Origin: Raillietiella orientalis | Taxonomy: Eukaryota | Length of the DNA: 64,000 nucleotides | NCBI GenBank assembly: GCA_036172245.1 | Contig: JAYWIR010000057.1 | Coordinates: 620,001-684,000 of the forward strand | Direction: 5' to 3' | Program-made: the position numbers and the translations under genes | Shown: positions 36,257 through 48,572 of the stretch, piece after piece | How positions within the stretch are numbered: position 1 is the first letter of the stretch | Layout of the letters: each line of letters opens with the position of its first letter | Notes under the pieces: generated by a model | What the model was told of the DNA's origin: nothing | Databases searched by the model: none | What the model saw: only the letters and a program-made list of their open reading frames with translations

Positions 36257-36936
36257 TCAAATGCTGTAAATCAGGTGCTCGGGTAAGAGGAAAGCCGCTA
36301 TGCGGTACAGCGTCTGTGCGTACCAGTGGACCCAGATCTGGCGGGATTGGGGCTGCTGCTTCCAGCTGCCGAATATCTCCCAGATCGCCACGTACCAGCG
36401 CACGGGGAAGAACGCCCAGTGCGCCAGCCTGTGATTATCGACCACCGCGTAGCACGACGCCGCGATGTTGTTGACCAGGATCGATCCCTTCCTGGTCAGG
36501 GGGGCGTGGAATCCCACTTTAAAGTTCGCCCAAGTCCTGGTCACCTTCTCGAGAGCGAGTTTCCCGTCGGTTTCCACCAGTAGGGAATCGTTCACTTTCA
36601 CGTTCAAGGAGAATGTCACGATCAGGTTTCGCTGAACGTCCTCGAAATCGCCACTGCAATTTCTAAAGGAATCACTGGGACATATGTAAATCAAGTGACC
36701 CGGGGTCAAACTGATTCTTTTGTTCTTGACAGTCTGTATCGTCACAAAAGTCCTTGTCTCATTTTGACTGCTGTCCAGGATAAGGATCACCTTGCTGTAC
36801 TCCGTCTTGCCGTGATCGTTCACCGCCAGGACCTCTTCGCCGACCGCCACCTCCGAGATCCTCTTCGCCCCGTCTTTCGTGGTCACGAAGGAATCCGCTG
36901 AGAAGCATCCGCTGTGCTTGGATGATATCATCGAAT
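36257..36936 (-). CDS. hh: hedgehog exon 3 (GCF autocleavage site, Hint domain, sterol-recognition region)
   Basis: Acceptor CCTCTCCTTCCAG|AT, phase-compatible with exon 2 (KS-D-SMISSKHSG|CF). Contains the catalytic Cys (36905-36907), ILILD, LTPGHL (TxxH), APLTRKGSILVN, ASCYA, LAHWAFFPVR and VHWYAQTLY, then a stop at 36257. Spliced CDS 345+262+680 = 1287 nt. Confidence 0.97.
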
Positions 36937-39826
36937 CTGGAAGGAGAGGGAAGATACTTGAAACGGGCAAGCGAACCGTATTCAGAAATTCCTTCCGGAT
37001 GCGCGCGCGGGTGGGGGGTCGCATCCTGCCACCCTTTTTTTTTGCGCCCAATCAGGAACCTCCTTCCGGGAAGGGCACCGAGAAACTTTGCGCGAGAGAG
37101 GCGGCGTCCAGCATGCCAAAGCGCCAAAGCGCGATTGAGAAGAGGAAGACGGCAAGGGTTCTCGACCCCTCCGTAAGCGCCCGCCGTGCCACTCGGCACC
37201 TCAAGTCCCGGAGATGACTCGGGCAGAAGCAGAGGAAGCAACCCCCCATTCAACCTAAACTCGGGCTACCAGGACTGTTCGCAGGGCAGATCTCTGGAGC
37301 AGATCAGCGCAGAGAAGCTCACGGGACGCAGGAAATCCCGGAATTCCACGAAGGCACCGTCAGGACTTCTTTAAGGGAACGCGGAGGGAGAACCCATCGT
37401 TGGGGATCGGCATGTGGAACCCGAGAAGAAGCACCCAATGGGAAGCATCTAAGAATACCAACGAACTTATCCCGACCTGTTTCGGGAGCCGGGAACCACC
37501 CGCCCATCTCTTGGAGGGACCCTCGGAGTCCTCGCCGAGTGGAGTCCAATCGGTGCTCTTCTCTGTCGCTGACTGCGAGGTTCCCCACCGAATTGTCCCG
37601 CGGGCACGCCAGGAAAGCAACCTCTGTCTTCCTTTCGAGATGGCCGCCTCAGTGCGCAACCCCAGGGGAATTTCCCCGGCCGGCGGCTGTCCAGGAACGG
37701 CTCTCCGCGTGCCGCCGCCCGCGTACCCGCCGCCTGGGAGGAAGAGGAATTTCCCGCCGGGACGTAATTGGAAAGCGCTCGCTCGCGAGTGGGCGAGGTC
37801 AGCGCGCGGCGGTTGTGTGCGCGGTCAGCGTCGGGGGCAGGAGGTCCCCCCTCCCGAAAGGAAGCCTCCGATTCCGATAGGATTCCCGGAGCAGGAGGTG
37901 GAGAGAAACCCTCTCGGAATTAGCCTCGGGAGGCCACGAACAAACCGCAAATCTCTGTTTTCGTAATTCGACCAGTAGGAGACCGGCGACCCGTCCTTCG
38001 GGCCCTCTCGGCGGGATGCGCGCCGGGCCGAGCGAGCCGGAGAACCTCCCCATAAATCAAAGCTGTCGGCAGGCGACTGTAAATTAAAGAGCGAGCGCTG
38101 CACCCTCGAGCGATTGGTGGAGGAAGGAGACTGCGCTCCTTCGGCGACCACGGGGAATTCGGTCCGTCGCTAACCGTGGGCTCTCGATCTGATAGCAACG
38201 GCGGACAGCCCCTGCCGCAAGGGAGCTTCAGGGGTGCTGGGAGTGACGAGCACAAAGACCGAGGCGCTCGTCGCAGAGTTGCGGCGTTAGGTGAGCAAAG
38301 GAGCGCCAGCGGTCTCCTCTGGGAGAAGGAGGAGGGCTCCAAGGCATCGGTCGGTTGGCGTGCGCCGCGAGGCTTCTCCTGCAGTCCGAGCGCGAAGCCG
38401 CCGTCACAGCGGCGAGCTTCACGAAACATTCGGCCTTTCTTCCAGGAAGAGCGCACCCAGACGCTGCCGGACCAGATGCAGCGCTTTTCTTCCAACCGTC
38501 CGGGTTTTCGGCGAGTTCCCGCACCTGCAGAGCTCGAACACCACCGGCATGGAAAAATCTTTCCGTGTAGTACTTTCAGGATCGGCACTGCGTCTCGGTA
38601 GGTGGCTCCAGGGAGATGCAGAGGAGGAGAAAGTTCGGACGCGTCCAGAGGCGCTCCCCTGGAGGAGGAGGCCGCCGCCCCCTTCTGGGGTTGCACAACC
38701 GGGTGTTCCAGGACGGCGAGTTCCACTGCTGTGCTCGGATCTGAATACAGATCTCCTTGAGCCACCTTCTTGGTCTTCACCTGCGCCTCCCACGCAAATT
38801 CCAAATCGAAGCGCTTTTTTTTTTTGCCTTTGTACGTGGGATTCGCAGATGCTTCTTGGACCACTTCTTGACACCACCCGCAAGTGTTCTCTTCTGTTGT
38901 CGACCGCGCTGCCTTCCTCGCACGGCGCGCGTCGATGCGCTTCCCGGAGGTGGGACGCTGCCAAGTGCTGACAGCTCTGGAGGTGCGAAGTGGCATCGGA
39001 TGGACCGTTCCACGGTTCCGTCACCTCGGAGGTTTTCCATCTGCCGACAGCAAGGCGCAAGGCGCCCTCGCCGGCGAGGATTCGCAGATTCCAGAAGAAA
39101 CCGGCGCTGCATCGACCCGTGCTTCAGCTCTTGAGACCACCAGCTGCCCGTGGTGGTCACTGTTCCAAGGAGATCGCCTCTCCTCCAAGAAGCAAACAAA
39201 GGAAATTCCTGCCGAGAGAGCCTAAGATCTGCATGCGTTCAAAGGATCAGTCCAGGGTGATGGAGGCTGCTCCTCATCACTCTTTGCACGCACCCGTAAG
39301 CCCACCAGCACACGCGCAGGGACATGTTCCCCATTTCACGCGTTCTCAATCAAAAGTCCTTCCCGTGAGAGACTCCCCCCCCCCCTCCAACGCACAGATC
39401 TTTTCCCGCACGTGGAAAACGCCCGAGGCGGGGAAAGGAGGGGTTCCAGGGGTCGTTCGGCTTCCGGGAGGCACGCTTGGATCCCGGAGGGCACCGCGCA
39501 ATCCATCAATGAGTAGGCGTGCAAGTCGTGTTTCTTTTCGCGTTCGGTCCACTCCCTTTTTGTTGCTGTCGTCGTTGTTCTTGTTCTTGCTTCTCCCGGA
39601 ACAACGGGCTCGTCCAGCGAAAGAAAGTTCGCCGCGGAGATTACCGTCGCGGAAGAGAATGGAAATCTTTTGCGCGGACAGGAAGAGAACCACCACCACC
39701 TGCCGAGCTGCGTGCGTGCGTTCGTGCCGACCGCGCGGTGCGCGCGCGCATGCCCGCCGCCTCTTCCACCATCCCTCTCCTCCCCCCCCCCTCCAAAGAC
39801 GTGCACGCCCAACTTTTGGTACTTAC

Positions 39827-40088
39827 CAGACTTCACAGAGCAGTGTATGTGAGAACGAGACTCGTAATAAACCCAATCGAATCCAGCCTCCACGGCCAAC
39901 CTGGCCAGGAGGCCGTACTTCGCCCGGTCCCTGTCCGACGTGAGTATATCGACAGCCCGGCCTTCGTAATGCAAAGAGTTCTTATAGTGATGGCCGTCTT
40001 CGTCCCATCCTTCGATCACTCTTAGCCTAACCCCAGGCCACTGATTCATCACAGATACTGCCAAAGTATTCAACTTCTCCAGGCATCT
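39827..40088 (-). CDS. hh: hedgehog exon 2 (Hedge domain core)
   Basis: Acceptor TTTTTCCAG|AGA; encodes [87 protein letters not shown]; phase-1 donor TCTG|GTAAGT. Length 262 nt, at the intron positions conserved in hedgehog genes. Confidence 0.98.
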
Positions 40089-42379
40089 CTGGAAAAACAT
40101 TCCCAATTACTACATGGAGTCAGGTGGTGGGGAATCAGGAGAGGAAGGAAGTGAGGAGGGGGGGAGAGTAGCGCACGTTTCCGGCAGCGCGATGAACGCG
40201 CGGTCTCTTCCTCAGACCGAGTTGACGGCTGCTGCAGCGGGGGGCGCACTCGCAGTAGCTCTTCTCTACCCAAAGACCACACGGATCCCCCCCGAACCCT
40301 CTCTTAGGAACGGAAGCGACGGACAGCTCCGCGAGGAAACGGTACGGAGGAGGCCGTGCAAGAAGAGATCGCTGAGGAACCGCGTAGATTAGCAACGCTC
40401 CCTCGGGTGCCCTGAGGACGCGCCGTCCGTCGCACCCTCGTGCGCTCCCTGAGGTCGCATGGGTCCCGCCTGCCTCCGTCGGGGAATTTCGTTCCCTCCC
40501 CCCGGTGACCCTCAGTTTAGAGAAGAATCCAAAAGGCGGGAGTCTTGCAGGTGGAAGTATGGTCGTTTCCTCCGGACACGTGTCGCGGCGAGACGCATCC
40601 CGAGGAGGCACTGTTGGGGGCACCCTCGGGATCCCGTGGCATCCCTTCCCTTGATCCCGTGTCCAGCACGCCGTTCCTCTCCGGGAACTTATCAGACTCG
40701 TGAATCCAGGAAGGACTCCGGATGAAGGAGTCCGTTCCTCTAACATTTGGCAGGAAACCCCGGAGGAAGCCCTCGCCGCTGGATGTCTCCGCAAGGGACC
40801 CGGAAAAGATCCGTTCCTGGAATTTCTTTCCCGGAGGGAACTCACAAGGGAGCCGCTCCTCGTTTCCTCCTCTGAAGGTAGCCCTGAAGGGGCAAGAAGT
40901 GACGGGAGGCGATGTCCTCGCCCGAGACGAAAGATTTCGGAGTCTCCGGAAGTTTGTTCCCGGGGTCTCTCCCTCCGCGAGATTCAGTCGCTCATGAGTG
41001 CAACCAGGGAAACAACAAGTGGAGAGGGTGCGTCCTCATAGTGGCCGAGCGGCGGAGACCACCCTCCGGCCCTCTTCTTGCGCCGGAACGCCCGGTCGGC
41101 GTTTTCCAGGGACGTCTCGAGGGAGTCCTTGCGGGCGAGGAAAGGCGCAAGCCGGGGGCCCAAGAGAGCCTCTTCTGGCCCCTCGCTAGATTCCAGGCCC
41201 CCCTTGGTTCTGTCCTCGCAGTACAGGCGTCGTAGGATGAATGCGCTGCAGCCCTTCTCAATCGCCCTCTCCGTGCGCGCCCCCTTGGGCGGAAGGCGAC
41301 GCGCACCCCTTACCTCACCCTAGTTCGAGCGGAAGCAGCGCTGCAGCACCTCTTCGGGGAAACGTCCCTAGGGAGGTGCCTCCGACCGGACGGCGTTTCC
41401 AAGCAACCGCGCCAGCGAGCGGTCCTCCTCCGCCGAAAAAGAAAGGACTTTTCTCCTTCTTCCTCTTCATCTCTTCTTCTTCCTCCCCGCTCTGAGGAGG
41501 GCAGCAGCGAGCGAGCGCGTGCGTAAGTGAGCGCGCGCGCGCGCGTGTTTTCGCACAGCCTGGAGATCGTAGACCCACCCGACTGCTCCCCACCGCACAC
41601 CCGCCGCACCGACAGCGGGGCGCTGAGAATTTATGTGCTTTTAAGGACGTGCTTGCGGGCGACTCGTTGCCTAGGCGCCTCGCCGATCCCACGCGGCGGC
41701 GGCGGCTTCGGCGGCGGCGGCGGTGGAGGGGGAGGAATCCAGCACGGAGCGTGACCAGTGTCCTGAGCGCGCGATCCTCCGAGGGGGCGTGGACTCTCTG
41801 CGCTCCGTCAGCATTTTTGGCGCGGGAGGCTGAGCGCTGCCGAGCAGCGGCTCTCCGCTCTGCTGCAGTCCTCGCCTTCCCTCCCTCCGATTGGAGCGCG
41901 CGCATTCCTCCAACCTCGGGATCGGCGCTCCGGCGGCAGGCGCGTTCCGCTCCGGCGACTGCGCCTGGACCTCGGGACGGGGAAGGAGGGGAGCGAAGAA
42001 GATCGCGGCGTCAGCGGGAGGCAGCGCAGACTAGCGGCTTCGCGGAAACTCTGCATCCGGCGCTCCCGGGAGGAGCGCGGCTTTTCTCCTCCCAGAGGAG
42101 GGAGATCGACCAGGCGCACCCTCGCCCGGGGTGGGTCACACACCCACGCGACCCCGTTTCTCTTTCACTCCCGGCGGCCCTTCTGAACGGGACGGATAAA
42201 AGAAGCGCGGGTTCCGCCCAAGAAGGTGAGCCTCAGAGTGGGGAAGCACTCTGCAGCTGGAGACCCCTTCTCCTCTCCACGAAATCCGGGAATTCTCCCC
42301 GCTCGCCCACCCACACACCTTTAAAAAGTCTCCATGACCTGCCTTTCTTATCTTTCCCGTGAGGGCCTGTAAGGCCTCC

Positions 42380-42645
42380 CTGTGCCTTGAAGATACGACC
42401 CCACCGCGCACCCGCGCAGCTTCGAACGCGCGGGGGATGCTGCGGTTTTCGGGAATGAAAGAGGGATGGCACGAGAATGGGGGTGTCCTATCGCCTCAAA
42501 GGTCACATCCCCGAACTCTGCGACTCTCCGGACGGTTACCACGGCAGGTAGCCACGGGAGCGAAAAGTACGCTACCTTTTTAGACGTCCCAAGAGACGAA
42601 TGGACGAACCCATGGAGTGTGGGAGAGGGGTGGCCTGCGTGCCGC
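42380..42645 (+). repeat. dispersed repeat family B (~265 bp), copy in hh intron 1
   Basis: Reverse complement of 49708-49968 over its length (CCCCACCGCGCACCCG..CAGCTTCGAACGCGCGGG..GGGATGCTGC..TTTTCGGGAATGAAAG..CGAACTCTGCGACTCTCCGGACGGTTACCACGG..GAGAGGGGTGGCCTGCGTGCC). The ORF track shows matching peptides (MLRFSGMKEGWHEN vs MLQFSGMKAGWHEN). Confidence 0.88.
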
Positions 42646-43123
42646 GCGGGCCTCCTTTGTCTCCACTTCACGGGGAGGGGAACTCTAGTGGCATCTAGCG
42701 TCGTCTCCGGCACCTTCACCACAGCCGTCGCAGCGCGAGAGCTCCTTTCTACGGAGCCGCGGTGATTCCGTCCTGCGTGTCCTCTTCCCTCCACCCCCAT
42801 TCCCCCCTCCCTGCGAACGGAGGTGCTAGAAGGAGCAACGAGGCGGGCAGCAGCGTAGAGGCGCGCATCTCCACTGCCTCGCAACACGCTGCCACGCTAG
42901 AAGAGGGGGGGGGGGGACGCTCCCGAGATTCGCATCAAGAGCACTGGGGGACTCTCCCTCGGGATCCGACGTTCCGACCGGTTGGTTTCCAGCTGACCAG
43001 AGATTTCCCTCCGTCCGCCCGACCTTCCCGCAGCGCTCTTCACGAAGGCGAGACAAAGCTGCGGCTGCCGGAAGAGCGGGGAGGGCGAGGATTCTGCTCC
43101 TCGCAGAACGCGGATTTCTGAAT

Positions 43124-43163
43124 GGCCGCCGCCGCCGTCGCCGCCGCCGCCGCCGCCGCCGCC
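43124..43163. repeat. (GCC)n trinucleotide repeat in hh intron 1
   Basis: GCC x4, GTC, then further GCC units; a shorter interrupted (CGG)n tract lies at ~41693-41723. Confidence 0.88.
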
Positions 43164-46100
43164 CGGCTCGCGATACAAAAGGGCGCGCGGCCCGCGCGCT
43201 CCGCGCGGCTCGGCGGCGAGCACCCTGCACTCCCATCGATCTGGGAGGCTCGCTCGCTCCGCTCCGGAGCGTCTAGCCCGAGGCTGGAATTCTCTCAAGA
43301 GGGATGTGGTAGTGTTAGGTAATTAGAAAAGGTCATGTTTGCAAACCGACCTGTTGTTAATGGACAAAACTGTGCGGTGGGTCGCACAATGAACGGGGCA
43401 ACGGCTGAAAACCGACAGGCAGAGGCAGGGGAGGAGGGAAAAATAAAGAAAAAAAAAAACAGAGGAGGGAAGACGGGGAGCGCGTTTGACCAAGGGAGGT
43501 GACTTCCCACTGTCAATGAGAGTGCCGTGAAGAGAAAAGGAGGGACCCTCCTGCTTTCTTTTGATTCCGTCCTGCCCATTGTCGTTCCTCAGAAATCCTT
43601 GAATGGGGGGGAAGCTTCGGACGTCACCTGGCGCATCCAGAAAAGTACCCCGCTCTTCGAAGAGAGCGATGCTTCTTCCCGTGAGATCGATGTTTGCGAT
43701 CCGACGGATCGGACGGCGCGCCCTTCCGCCGACCGGGATGCTCCCGTCACCCCTGGAACGAGGAAGCGCGAAGCGACCAGGACCTGGACCCTATTTCCTG
43801 GTTCCTGGGCAAAACGCAGCCGCCCGCTCGGCCGAGAGAGGTAGCGAAAACGCGCCGGCGTCTCCGCCCGCGATGGCCGTTCCGCCCGAGACAACGGAAG
43901 AGGAGCCCACTGGCGCGTTTCTCCCGGAGACATCCTCTCGAAGGAGGCATTGCTTCTTGAGGAGAGAAAGGACGGCTCGGGGGAGCTTGCTGAACCGTAT
44001 GCCGGACCCACTTCTTCAAGATTGGGTACAACCGATCGGTCATGTCCACTCTGGCGTAAGCACTGCTGCGCGGAAATTTGACCTTCGGTTCCTCGATCCC
44101 ATACCGATATTCCCGAGTTGGAGGCCGTGTGATTGCGGTCTTATGGCCGATGAATGGGTGCGCCGTGGGTTTCAGGTCCCCCCGCAGGATGCCGATGGTT
44201 GGCCTGTTCCGGCTGCCGCGGCAATGGTGGAGGCTGGATGCCCCCGTTGACCCCCCGGGGTTGGAATCAAGGAGTCCTTCGAGGGTCCCCTCCGGTTATA
44301 CAAATAGCGATATTCCTGACATTCCCTGAAACCAGTCGTTAACGAGTCAGCAGCCGCTTAGCAACGTGGTGGTTTATTTTTCCGGTTCCCGATGATGGAG
44401 TGTCTGTCGCCCCGGGACGCGAGGAGTTTGCTTCTACTGTCTTTCAGTCTCACCACCCTGGGCCTGCGGCTGACTGCCAGGACGCTCCCTCCCACCACCC
44501 ACCTCGACGTCCCTGCCAAAATACGCGGTGTTAGTTGGTTCCGCGCTCTTGCACGCAACTAGGTGTGGTGGTGATGGCGGCGTCCCATGCTCCGCACCGG
44601 AGACTGCCCGGATCTTTGGTCCGCCGTCTACGATTCCCGCCTGATCGGCTGGGACGGCGACGCCGGGGAACTTGGAACGATCGCGACCGTCCCGGCCGGC
44701 CGCGCCCCGAAGAGCAATCGCGGCAGGAGCGAGCGCTTGTCGCTGCCGCGAGTAGCCCTCGGAGCGAAAACGCTCCGACCGAAATGACCGATAACGAACT
44801 GCGACTTGTCCACCGTGTGCCGCATCAGGAGTGCCAGAAAACAGAAGCGAGCTACATAGCTGACGGCAACCGGGTCCGTTGCTCCCTCCCAGAAAGATGC
44901 CTCGTCTCCAGCACCACTCAGTCGCCGTTTCTGTACCCGACTGCGACGGGTGCCGTGTCGCCAGCCGAACGCCAGGGTTGGGGGGAGAGGGAATCGAAAG
45001 GAGGACGCAGCGATCGCCGGGAACGGCGACTCTGACCCCTCTCGAGGTCAGTCAGTGCGTCATGCGCGCTCCTGTAGTGATGGGCGACGTCCTAGCCGAC
45101 TCCGGGGAGCGCCCGCAGCTTCCCGATTGAGCGAACGGGACGGGACGCAGCTCCCAGCAAAAAAGGACTGGCGAAAATCGGGCAGGCTCTCGAGGGGAGA
45201 AGCGAAACACCAAAACGCAGTCCTGAAACTTCTTGTAGACGGAACGGGAGGGTTTCTTCCCGTCGAAGTCCCGATCGACGGCCCCTTCCCTTCTCCAGGG
45301 GGGACCCTGTGAGTGAGCACGGGTCCAGCATCCCCCCTCCAGTCCGGGAACGCCGGGCCCCTCTCCCCGTAGGTGAACGAGACCCACGAAGCACACATCG
45401 GGATGTCACCCAGTGGCCAGCTGAGTTCCGCTCGGTTCCGAAAGACCAGCTCGCACGGTGCGGCCTTCACCGATCGAGATAACCGACCGCATTACGGTAC
45501 AGCCCATTGTCTCCCAAACGTCACTGGGTCTTTTCCCTCCTCCTTGGTATAATTTATGCTTCTGCTCTTCCGCTTCGTTTTCCCTTTTTATTAGTCGAAT
45601 TGCTTTCCGGGAATTCATGGGAACCTCGCCGGCGAACCGGACGCTTCATCCCGAAAAAGACAGACGCTCCTGGGAACAGGAGGGCTTCCCTTTTTCTCTT
45701 CCTTCCCAGAAGAGTTCCACTCTTCCGGGTAGCGGCGCGGCGCGGCGCGAGGGCGGCTTCCGCACCTCTTCAACGATCCCGGACGCGGTGTCTCGTCGTC
45801 GCATCCCGGCCTGCAGCGCGAACGCGCGCAGCCGAGGACCGACCGAGACGCGCGCGCGCACAATGCGAGCGCGCTGCCGTTCCTCCGCATAAATCTTCTT
45901 CGCTCCCGGCAGGGTCCACGGAGGAATCCTCAACAAGGCGCCGATGAATAAGTGCGCGGGCAATTACGCTCGTTCCCGATTCACAATGCTGACACTTCGC
46001 CGAGCTGCAAGTGTGGGATATTTCAACATTCTAGCAAGAAGAGGAATGCGGCTGAAGATGGACGGGGAACTGTGGGACACCTCGACTTTCCCAACATCAT

Positions 46101-47403
46101 AAACTCAGTGGGGGCTGTAAATCTCTTGGTTTTATGAGTGCTGGGTGATGCGACCGCTTCTTTCTCTGCGTCTCCGAGGAAAGAAGGAATGGCAGCGCCG
46201 CGCTGCCGACGTGTCGTGGGCAGGAGGAAGCACAATAGAATTTCTTTCTTTCCCCTGTCCTGTCTTTTCCCAGGGTCCGCGGGGCACACCGGCGATGAAA
46301 CGTGAGCGGCTCTCGAGAGATGGTGTCGCGACACCGTTGCGGGCGGCAGGAAAGCCTCCCGGTCTTCGCCCAGCACCCGGCAGCGCAAGGCCTCTTGGGC
46401 AATCCGGACGGAGGCAATTCGGACTGGGAATGAAAACGAAAGGGAAAGAATTTTTTCGCCTTCCCATTCTTCTAGCTCGCAATGTGGCGACCACGGAAGG
46501 CCTCATTCAAGTGCACGTCTGGAAGCGCCGCTTCGGAGAGAGGGGGAGGGGAGAGGGACGTCTGCACAAAGCCCCTGCGGAGTGAAGCTTGGCCTGACCC
46601 GGTTCCGTTCCAGGAGGAGGGTCGAAAAGGCTCCTTCGAATCTGAGGTTCCGTTCCAGAGAACCACTCGGTCAAGGGCCGTGATCTGGGATCCCTTCTCC
46701 ATTTTCCTCCAGCTATCTTGGATGGTCACTGCATTTGCAAACAAAACAAAAAAATTGCCCTCCAGCAGAAACCAAGGAGATCGGCAAGGATGAGTTTCCT
46801 GCCCATGCGGTGACCTCGTGTTCAACCTCCTCAGCGCAAGTGCCCTGGGAACGTAGAGAGTGGCTTCTGCCAAGATGCACAACTGCGATGAATCGACTGA
46901 GAGAATCCCCCCCCTCCTGCGTTTTGAGGGTGTTTGACCCGGGAATATCACTGCCCGCTGTCAACCCGAGCGTCCAGGAGTCTTAGGCGTGCTTCTCCAC
47001 GAACCGGTCTTCCTGAGGTTACTGAAAACCGGTGATGCCCACGTTCATCCGTCGCGAGGAGCCAGGAGACACCGCGGCCCACACGTCTTCTCGACCGCGA
47101 GGGCCACTCCGCTGAGGAAAAGACAGAGGTGAACACCGAAACCTCGCAGGCAGTCCGAAAGAGAGACCACCGAGGTTTCTTCGTAGTCTTCGACGCTGCG
47201 CCTTCCGCGGGTACGGCAGATTTTCACACCCTCGGGTGAGGCCCGACTTCATTTCGGGGCCCTCCTTCTGCAGCCCACGCTCGCGCTCCGTTCGGGGCGG
47301 ATGCCGCCACATCCCGCCACGGCCGCAGCCGAGCCACCACGCAGTTCCCGAACGCTGTTTCGAAAACCTCTGCTTCCATGGCCACACGAGTACGGTAACT
47401 CGT

Positions 47404-47424
47404 TCTCTCTCTCTCTCTCTCTCT
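47404..47424. repeat. (CT)n / GAGA microsatellite in hh intron 1
   Basis: About 10 TC units. Confidence 0.9.
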
Positions 47425-48572
47425 GGGACGTCGCCATGTTGCATCGCTGCACGGCGTGGACTCTGAGCGCGAGCCGCATCTCCCCTCAAAAGATTCTCCG
47501 AGGAAGGCGACGGCGCGAATATGAACGAGCGAACGGAGTCTTCTGGGAGCCGATGGCCTCTCTGACCGAAGCCCCAGCCCACCCTTACTGGAGGGAAAGA
47601 GGGCATGTTTCAATAATGGTTCCTACCCACAGCATCCACGAAGGAATAGGCGGGCACCAGCCCCTCAGTTCCCAACCAGCTCACACTTCAAACAGGAGGG
47701 CGAGAAAATTCCGGGAGCTCCGTCGGAAATGTGGTTGGCTAGGGAGCCCGACGGGGGGTACGGAGTTGACCGAGTATGCCCGCAAACCAGGTGGGGACAC
47801 GCAAAGATGCAAGCGGGCGGCGACGCAGGAGAAGACATCTGGAAAACCAGACCCATGGCGGGCTTACTCTTGAGGTTAAGGAAGTGTCAAGGACGGGGAT
47901 ACCCCCAGTGCTCCATGACCACGCCCTCTGCGGAACTAGAACTGGAGAGAGAACCTCTGCGTTCCGAGAAGCGCGCTCTTGCTGTTCGCTGCTTCGCAAC
48001 GGGAGCGGAGCGAACACTCTCAAGGTCCTCCCTCGGAAGGGGAGACTACCCGGCCAAGGAAGGAACTCCGGAGGACTCCCCAGCGTTCTGCAGTTGCGTC
48101 CTTTCACTGAGGGCGCCGTGGTCGCCGTTGGTTTCGCGGAAGCAGGCGCACCCATCGAGAAACTCCGCCATGCACCTCCCTCCTTCCCAACGCGGTTGTG
48201 CAGCCCGTCCTGAGGGTGCGACGGGGAGCGAGGGCGAATGTCGCGTTGCTGGGTAACCTCCCCACCCGCTCCCCGATGCGAAACTCCAGCGGTGCGCTTC
48301 GGGGACGACGCTAAAGGTCTCACGTGGAAATGACCCGGCCACCCCCTGCGGTGGGAGCAGCGGAGAAGGCGAACGCTCCGTGAACCGAGTTTTTGCAAGC
48401 CGACCTTCCCAAGCCGGCCCCGTAGGGGTCGGTAGGAAAACTACTCTCCCTCGTCCCCGGACGCACCCCATAGGTGTGGAAGAGAAATCCGCTCTTGCCA
48501 GGACCCGTGGTCCATTCAGGGAGGCACGGGAAGGGTCGAAAGGGGGAGGGGCAGAAAGAGAGTGGGACTTAC

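Noticed and set aside
36257..36907. Mobile intein
   Set aside because: It is the Hedgehog Hint domain: it follows Hh-N exons, ends in SCY plus a sterol-recognition region, and has no endonuclease domain or C-terminal HN motif.
37920..39943. Long ORFs of 358 aa (-) and 317 aa (+), and similar 200-350 aa ORFs at 13.3, 16.8, 19.2, 48-54 and 57 kb
   Set aside because: Arg/Pro/Gly/Ser-rich, open in several frames at once, with no domain motifs; expected in GC-rich intronic DNA or as antisense shadows of hh exons.
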